Assembly: GCA_964016885.1 (NCBI GenBank)
Contig: OZ024762.1
Coordinates: 27,466,001 to 27,530,000 of the forward strand
Direction of reading: 5' to 3'
Source: Eledone cirrhosa
Lineage: Eukaryota
DNA length: 64,000 nt
Part shown: positions 55,428 to 64,000 of the stretch, in pieces
Position numbering within the stretch: position 1 is the stretch's first letter
How the letters are laid out: the number at the start of each line of letters is the position of its first letter
Position numbers and translations under genes: made by a program
The notes under the pieces: generated by a model
Seen by the model: the letters and a program-made list of their open reading frames with translations, nothing else
Told to the model about the DNA's origin: nothing
Database searches by the model: none

Positions 55428-55897
55428 GTTAGTCCAAAGAATCATTTGATAAAATATATACAGTATTTCTTCTCCCAATCACCATAATTAACCACACAAA
55501 AAATCAATTAAACGAGGCTATAAGTTTAAAATATATATGAAGAAACAATAGATAAATAAATGATAGCTATTTTATCCGCTATCAACAGCCACAGAAGATT
55601 TACCTAGTATTTCTAATAGCCCGTAGAAATTGACTAGACATATAGCTAACCATACACAATTAAGTACAAAATCAAAGTTAGAAGAAAAAATGTACATAAA
55701 TATACCATAATGTTGGTATGTTTATGTACATGATAGCTATTTTTAGCTATCATTTATTTATCTATTGTTTCTTCATAGGTACATTTTAAACTTATAGCCT
55801 CGTTTAATTGATTTTTTATGTGTTTGATTATTCTGATTGGGAGGAGAAATACTGTATATATATTATCTAATGATTCTATGGACTTACTTTCTTATAT
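55420..55897. repeat. Older fold-back module (arms 55420-55569 / 55744-55897) in (TA)n
   Basis: ~150-bp imperfect inverted repeat; only GAAA-TACTGTA-TA remains of a possible HHR. Confidence 0.75.
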
Positions 55898-56026
55898 ATT
55901 GCTCTGATTGTTGAGTATTTAATTAATTAATTCGTCATTGAGCCACACCGTGAATGGTTGCGAAAAACACACATATATATATCTATATATCTATGGTTCT
56001 GTCTAGTTTATGTATATGTAAACCTA

Positions 56027-56069
<43 letters not shown>

Positions 56070-56078
<9 letters not shown>

Positions 56079-56480
56079 ATATTAACTAAATGGAAACTAT
56101 ATTTATAAAACCATATTTATTCTATTATATATATTTCAAGGGTACCAAAACTTTGGTACGCTTTCATCAGATAAAATACAAAGTTTGTTTTATAAATTTT
56201 GACATAACCAAGAAAAAGATACCTTACCGGTCCAAGGAAAACTTGAACCGGTAAGGTATCTTTTTCTTGGTTATGTCAAAATTTATAAAACAAACTTTGT
56301 ATTTTATCTGATGAAAGCGTACCAAAGTTTTGGTACCCTTGAAATATATATAATAGAATAAATATGGTTTTATAAATATAGTTTCCATTTATTTAATATC
56401 ATTGTATATTATACTCCAGAAAAATATGTCGAGAAGTCTGAATCAGTTATAAACATTTATATTTGTTGAATTACCAACAA
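56070..56480. mobile_element. Near-perfect ~340-bp hairpin (56070-56231 / 56247-56408) of a pseudo-LTR with canonical HHR on both strands
   Basis: TATTTTAT-CTGATGA-AAGCGTACCAAA-GT-TTTGGTACCCTT-GAAA-TATATA-TA-ATAGAATA at 56300-56360 (+), mirrored at ~56118-56178 (-). (TA)n flanks. Confidence 0.92.
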
Positions 56481-56497
56481 ATTGAATATCCCTTTTG

Positions 56498-56565
<68 letters not shown>

Positions 56566-56658
56566 GTAATTCCGTCGGAAAGGTCCAGGAAAAAAGAGTG
56601 CTCTATATAGGTTACAGAGCTTAATAGTTATGTAATAAACAACATAAGATAATTATTT

Positions 56659-56713
56659 AATTTACCAGTGGTTTCCTGAAAGCAAACAAAATTTGCTTTC
56701 AGTCATCAGAATG
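56659..56713 (-). ncRNA. Type I HHR (family of 34345-34398) in module 56562-56830
   Basis: CATT-CTGATGA-CTGAAAGCAAA-TTTTG-TTTGCTTTCAG-GAAA-CCACTGG-TA-AATT. Confidence 0.8.
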
Positions 56714-56838
56714 AAAAAATCCTGGTGTTTTTATTGACAGTGGATTTTAAAAACAAATATATAATCTATATGAAGCTGAGGTTGGAAAAGGAAGAAGGAA
56801 AGGAAACAGAATAAATATAAAAGTAGATAAACACACAT

Positions 56839-56905
<67 letters not shown>

Positions 56906-57058
56906 CATATACATACGCACACATATATATATGCATATATATATATATATATATACATATATACATACACACATATATACACATACACACATATATATAT
57001 ATACATATATATATACACATATCCATACACATACACACAAACACACAAACACACACAC

Positions 57059-57149
<91 letters not shown>

Positions 57150-57564
57150 CACATACATATAATCATACATATATACACACGTACATACACACACATACAT
57201 ACGCACATATATACACGCATACATACGCACACACATATATAGATATATGTACACACACCTACATACGCACACACACAATTAATTATAAGAAAAAATAATA
57301 ATAAAAAATAAAAATAAAAATAAAAAACAATGGACAACCATATGATGCAAAAGACCGTCTAGATCGTTCGAGGGAATACCAAAGGGGCACAAAGAATTGT
57401 TCTTTGTGTATCACTTCCCTATATGTAAATGTATCTACAGTCCATATATACTACATACAAACACATATCAACACATATATACATACATATATATATATAC
57501 ACACATGCATACGCATACACATCCATATATATATATACACACACATACATATATATATATACAC

Positions 57565-59620
57565 AGAAGTACAGAAAATGAAGAGTTTCCCGAATCTCTA
57601 CGTCCCTTCCGACAAAACAAAAAACGTCTATGAGTTTAACCAGGATACCTATAGGAAGCTGGCTAATAATGCGATTAGAGCAAATTACAAAAAAGTGGAT
57701 GAAACAGTACTGACTGACACCAACTTAGCCGGAAAAAACATTGTCATTTCCCTTAAACTGGAATAGAGGACTGAACCTTTGAGGGTAAAGGCCCCGCATT
57801 TTACCCTTAAGGACCACAAGGGAAACTTTACGAATATACCATCGGTCCGGCTAATAAACCCACAAAATCCGACATAGGATCTGTCAGCAAGAAGATCCTG
57901 GACAGGATACTACCGACACTGCGTGCAGCTTCACCTCTCCCACTCTGGAACAGAACATCCGAAGCAATCTTATGGTTCCAAGAACTGCCTGACAAACACA
58001 ACACCCGTTTCCTGCAACTTGACACTGAGGATTACTACGCCTCCATTTCTGAGTCCCTGCTGAAGGATGCAATTGTTTTCGCAAGAAACCTAACCACCAT
58101 AACCGACGCTGAGCAGGATGTGATCCTCCATGCACGAAGACCTTTTTGTACCATAACGGGTCCTACTGGATCAACAAAAAATCGGAGACTCCCTTCGATG
58201 TCAGCATGGGTGCAAGTGACTCGGCTGAAATTAGTGATTTGGTGGGCCTGTTTATCCTTAACCGGATAAAAACCCTCTTCACAGGCCTTACAGGCCGATT
58301 ATACCGAAATGACGGCCTCTTTGCCCTGCATAAAATTAACCTCAGGACTACCGATGGGTTTCGGAAAAACCTTAACGCTTTCTTCAATAACCTAGGCCTC
58401 AGAATAACTATAGATTCGAGTTTAACTAAAGCCAACTTCTTAGATGTAACTCTCGATTTAGAAACATCCCTTTATTATCCGTACCACAAACCTAACGAAT
58501 CCCTTAGATATATAGACGTTAACTCGAATCACCCCCAAAACATCACAGATAATTTAGTTAAAAGTGTCTCCGTTAGGATCTCTGGCCTCTCCGCCAATGA
58601 GGATATATTTAGGGCCCGGCCCCCTATTACAACGAAGCCCTAGCTCGTAGCGGTTTTAAAGATAAGATCTCTTATCTCAGAATAGCCCCACGCCCATCCA
58701 GGAGGAATAGGAAGAGGAAAATTAGCTGGTACAACCCCCCTTTCAACCGCGAGGTATCTACACCTATAGCAAAGAATGTCTTTACTCTATTGCACAAAGA
58801 CTTCCCCACCCAACATAGGTACTACACCATCTTTAATAAGAATACAATCAGACTCTCTTACTCCACTATACCAAATTTAGCTAGGAAGTTAGCCAATATT
58901 AATATTACTAAGTTAAATAAGTCTACTACCTCCTAAACCCATCCCGGTACTGAGGTCATGTGCAACTGCCACGATAAGGTTGCATGCCCTTTCAGCAATA
59001 AATCCCTTACAAAGGATATTGTATACAAATGTGATGTCATCTCAGGCCCTGATGAAGAGAGAAAGAGGTATATCGGGATGACCTCCAACAACTTTAAGAC
59101 CCGTTGGTACGCACACACCCATTCTTTTCGACGCCCGGACAAGTCCAACCAAACAACACTCGCCGCCCATGTTTGGGACCTAAAAAGGAACTCCATCCCC
59201 TTTACGCTCAAATGGAAACTACTCCAGAGAGCGCGGTCTTACACAGGAGGCCATAATTGTTGTGACCTTTGTATTTCCGAGAGTTACGAAATAGTATTCG
59301 CCAAAGGACCCTTACTCAATAGATTCTCAGAACACTGCCCGAATTGCCTGCACAAAAACTATGCAACTTACAAGTCATATAGACCAGTTCTTCCCCTAAA
59401 CGATGATCCCATAAGACAACGGAATCGACATTAAACATTAAACATTAAACACACTCCCCCGCGCCCCCTCCCATCCCAACCCTACCTTCGTTTTGTTACC
59501 TTTCACACTTATAAATTATACTTTACTGTTCTCTACTTGTATTTTATGTTACTTAATTTTAATTTATGTTATTTGATGGTTTTTTCATATCTTGATTGTT
59601 TTCTTAAATTTACCCCTATG
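57565..59620 (+). mobile_element. Penelope-like retroelement (CxCx5C-linker type), near-complete RT + GIY-YIG, pseudogenised
   Basis: YVPSDKTKNVY, TLKDHK, RLINPTKSDIG, LDTEDYY, FDVSMGASDSAEISDLVG, LYRNDGL, NFLDV, SNHP, WYNPPF, CNCHDKVACP, VYKC..YIGMT..FKTRW..H, LKWK, CDLC, CLH. Stops and frameshifts. Confidence 0.93.
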
Positions 59621-59946
59621 TGTATATTTATATGTTTATATGTGTATATATGTATATATGTGTATATGTGTGTATGTGTGTATGTGTGTATATGTATGTA
59701 TGTATATATATGTGTGTATGTGTGTGTGTGTATGTATATGTATGTATGTGTATATGTATGTGTATGTATGTGTATATTTATATATGTGTATATATGTGTG
59801 TATATATATATATGTATGTATGTATATGTGTGTGTGTATGTATGTATGTATATATATATATATATATGAGTATATATGTGTACGTGTGTATATATGTGTG
59901 TATGTATGTATATGTATGTATATATATGTGTATATATATATGTATA

Positions 59947-59979
<33 letters not shown>

Positions 59980-60022
59980 GTGTGTATATATATGTGTGCA
60001 TGTGTGTGTATATGTATATATG

Positions 60023-60053
<31 letters not shown>

Positions 60054-60128
60054 ATATGTATGTATATATATATGTCTGTATATGTATGTGTGTGTGTAAG
60101 TATGTATATATGTATGTATGTGTATGTG

Positions 60129-60197
<69 letters not shown>

Positions 60198-60303
60198 ATA
60201 TATATGTATGTATATCCTATATACACACACATATATATATGTATATATACACACACATATATATATGTGCATATATGTATGTGTGTGTATATATATACAT
60301 ATA

Positions 60304-60374
<71 letters not shown>

Positions 60375-60409
60375 ATACATATATGCACATATATATATGT
60401 GTGTGTATA

Positions 60410-61018
60410 TAGGAGCGAAATATCACGATACATTAACGGAGCCATAGACCCTCGTCATTCCCTGTTAATAATGTGCTCAAAGGAGAGGAAATCCTGAGCT
60501 CTTTAAAATACAATATGTTGAAAAGGTAACACACCAGAGAGAGATACAGTGCGCTATCAATAAAACAGAGAGTCTATAGCTCCGATAATGTATCGTGATA
60601 TTTCGCTCCTTATCTCAGTCTTTCCTCTCTCTCTGTTTGGTTGAGCACACTTCTCTGAGTGGTTTTGAGCTGCCCTTTCTAACAGCTCGGCCCTCAGAGG
60701 CCACTGGTTCACTGCCCTTAAACACGCTGTGACTTCTCTCTCCCACGTGTAGCTGGACGGTCGCTTTAAAAATTCTCTTAGTGTTGTCTGAATGAACCGG
60801 GGTTATTTCATTACTGGCGAAACAGATCTCTTTGGATTTGTACGTGTGTTATATAGTTATAGAGGTATTTATTTACGCTTTAATTTATATTTTTAATTAT
60901 CGTGTGTCTACTCTACCTTTCATAGGTTATAGATTCCATACACTGGTGGTTTTTCCCTGTTTATTGATAGCGCACTGTATCTCTCTCTAGTGTGTTACCC
61001 TTTCAACATATTGGATTT
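60410..61018. repeat. Module with two nested/overlapping inversions (60411-60449 vs 60572-60610; 60512-60569 vs 60957-61013) between microsatellites
   Basis: AGGAGCGAAATATCACGATACATTA / TAATGTATCGTGATATTTCGCTCCT; GATACAGTGCGCTATCAATAAA / TTTATTGATAGCGCACTGTATC. Confidence 0.7.
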
Positions 61019-61499
61019 TATATATATATATATATATATCCCATATATACACATATATATTTCATACATACATACACACATACATATACACACACATATA
61101 TACATACATACACACATGCACATACAGATACATTCATATACACATATATATATATATTCTCCACACATTTTATATACACATACATACATACCATATAAAC
61201 CATATATTCCATATAAACACATTTTATACCTCCTACATATATATATTTTTTTTACATATACATATAAATATATTATACATATATCCACACATGCATATAT
61301 ACACACACATACATATATATATACACATATTTATCTCACACATACGGACGTGCATACATACACACATATATAAATATACACACACACATATACACACATA
61401 CACATAAACATGTACACATATATCTGTATATCTACAGGCACATATATAAAAAAACACATCTATACATACATATATCTATACACACATCCACTCAAGTGT

Positions 61500-63135
61500 T
61501 TAAGTTCATATATACATTTGTGTGGGAAAGTGGAAATTAATGAAATGTTATTGTACCTCTGAGGGTTTTTCTTCTCTTCAGCGATCGAATGTTTGAAAGT
61601 ACGGGTGTCATAAACTATTTTTCCTTTTCAATATGAGATTTTTTTAAAGAAAAGAGAGCGGGGAGAATCCCATTGTTTGAAAATGGAATACCACTTTTTT
61701 GTGTTCAGTAGTGGTTTGTATTTTCTAATAAAGAATTCTTCTTTATATTTTCGGAAGTGTTCGTTATCCGACCATATCTTAAAGATGGGGAAAATTGTGA
61801 AATTTCCCTTTCCGCATGTTGCGAAGTGTTCACTGCATGTGGTGTTTCTGACAGAGGGGTCTGTAATTTGTTGTTTATGTACTCGAACTCTGTCATGTAG
61901 GCCCATTCCGGTTTCACCAATGTAGTATTCTTTACATTGTGGGCAGGTTGCACAGTAAATCAAGTTTTTTGTTTTGCAATTCATGTTTGCATTAACTGTG
62001 AAAGACTGGTTGTTTTTAAAGGAGATTTGTCGCAAGTTCCGCATCGAGGGTGCCCGCATTTCTTAACTTGCATTGCTTCATTATTAGACGTAAATTTTGC
62101 CTTGGTAAGCAGTTTCTTTAGGTTGGGTGCTTGGTGTCTACTATATATAATTTGTGCGTCTTTTATGAGTGCATTCATTTTGGGGGACTGCTGGAGAATC
62201 GGGAGATATTGTTTGGCGGCTTTTACAATGTTGAAGGTCCTTGGATTGTGAGTGATGACAAAAGGGATAACTGTTTTTTCCATTCTATTTTGTTGCTTTG
62301 TTTTTCTCAGTGTTGTCAATGGGATGTTCTGGGCTTTGAAGATGGCTGTGTTGATGACGTTCATCGGATATTCTTGTCCCTTAAGGAACTTTTTTAATTC
62401 ATATAATCTTTTTTCCTGTAGTGTGGGGTGTGTCACTATGGTGCAGATGCGCCTTGCCATGTTAAAAGGAATGTTCCTTTTGGTATGTGATAGGTGTACT
62501 GAACGGAAATTCAAGTATTGGTGTGTGTCTGTTGGTTTGTAAAATAAGTCCGTTTTGATATTTTCCCCTTCTTTAATGATAAGGATATCCAGAAACGGTA
62601 GTTCCTTTTTATTACATTCCATGGTGAAGTTTATTTCTTCGTGAAGATTGTTTATGATGGAATGGAATCTTTGAAGGTCTTCTTGGCTTCTATTCCAGAA
62701 GATGAAGAAGTCGTCTAGGTAGCGTTTCCAGTTGTGATTAATGTAGGTGGCGAAGTCACAACTGAATGTTTCCTGCAGTTTGGAATGTAATTTTGCCTCC
62801 AGGTGGCCCATAATGAGTGTTGCATGTGTTGGGGCCACTTTGGTATCCATGGCCGTTCCTTTTATTTGTAAATCTAGTTCGTTATCAAAAAGGAAGTGGT
62901 TGTTCTCCAGTACTAGTTTGAGTCCTTCCAAAATAAATTGTTTGGGGAATCTCTCTGAAATGTAGTTTGGATGTTTTGTAATCCAGAAGTCAACAGCTTC
63001 AACTCCTAAGTCGTGTGGGATGTTAGTATATAAGCTTGTTACGTCAAAGCTGGCTAAGATTGTTTCTTGGTGTACTTTCTGGGGGATATAGTTCAGGAAT
63101 TGCATATCATCTCTGATGAAGCTTGGCACTTTTTT
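61500..63135 (-). mobile_element. 5'-truncated Neptune-type Penelope-like element (RT + Cys-rich linker + GIY-YIG), one frameshift near 62020
   Basis: SFDVTSLYTNIP, GTAMDTKVAP, WKRYLDDFF, PFLD, KPTD..YL, KCGHPRCGTC, MNCKTKNLIYCATCPQCKEYYIGETG..RVRVH..HF. Confidence 0.93.
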
Positions 63136-64000
63136 GTACCTATTAATAGACTCAACTCTAGCTTGTAGATGTGATACATAATTGATTTATATTTGAGACG
63201 GGGGATAACTATTGCGTGATGGCCAGACTAGTGCATTTATATGAGAGATTGTATCCCCGGACCATACCGAAGATTTACTGGAGATGCAAGCATGCAATGA
63301 CCCGGAGCCTACCGGGTGGCATATATAATAGTGGGACCATACCAGGTCATACTGTTATATTACATTTGCATGGAGCAGTGACCTGAGAGTCTGACTCCTC
63401 TTATAGAACGTTCAGATATAACACCCCTTAATTAATGGATGGTAATCATCCTAATATATACACCCTTGTACTTCTTAATAGACAACTCTCTAACCTATAA
63501 ATGGGTAACATACTCTAGATATTAGTTATAACTTCACATGATAGGCACGTATTTGAATCACCATTAATGTAGTTTAGCATAGTAATGTAACTAAGATAAC
63601 TATCTAGTTACCTCCCCTTACGCATTAATTCCCCTTAGTCATTCAGGCACTTCCGGAATCTGGACAGCATGATATATTAATTAAGAACCGACTGGATACG
63701 GTTTATAGCTTGACTATATGCTGAACCACCGCGAATTATACAATAGACGCGTGTTCTCTATATATATATTGCGTCTCATGGACTATGTGAGTGGTGGCGT
63801 GAGCAGGGACAATGGTACGGCCTTGCCTACGATACAATAAGGTTTATAGTATGTTGATGGTTTTTGATATTTTGGTGTTTCCCCGCATCCGAGACTGTAT
63901 ATCATACAGATGTATGAGAATTAATGACTTAATAATTCAGCCTACATAATAAGATCGATTGCCAGCTTCAACTGCCTGACCCTGCAAACATCATTCTGAC

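Noticed and set aside
61549-61586. CTGAAGA motif downstream of the Neptune-type ORF (- strand)
   Set aside because: The position is suggestive, but stem II is absent and stem I is mismatched.

Overview
AT-rich, microsatellite-dense eukaryotic DNA, probably from an octopod cephalopod (inferred from the SINE family 'ATCGACCCCGTAAGGATGAAAGGCAAAG', not proven). No host protein-coding gene can be supported, and nearly all listed ORFs are microsatellite artefacts (YI/CV/HT/poly-L). The window holds a 4.9-kb (GTT)n-GCTAGT satellite and decayed Penelope-like elements (PLEs; RT + GIY-YIG, both CxCx5C-linker 'Hydra-type' and Neptune-type). It also holds a Tx1/L1-type LINE family found only at (ATCT)n tracts, one full-length GC-rich RTE LINE with a 13-bp TSD, tRNA-SINEs and a hAT MITE. 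The most striking unannotated signal is roughly a dozen families of short non-coding modules inserted in (TA)n tracts. Each carries a type I hammerhead ribozyme (HHR) motif (stem I-CUGANGA-stem II-GAAA-stem III-UH-stem I'), and many are 100-500 bp fold-back palindromes with the ribozyme on both strands. Several show compensatory base changes between copies, unusual core variants (U3-A8, C4, A4) or very long stem II insertions. One is a tandem ~430-nt monomer resembling a retrozyme.
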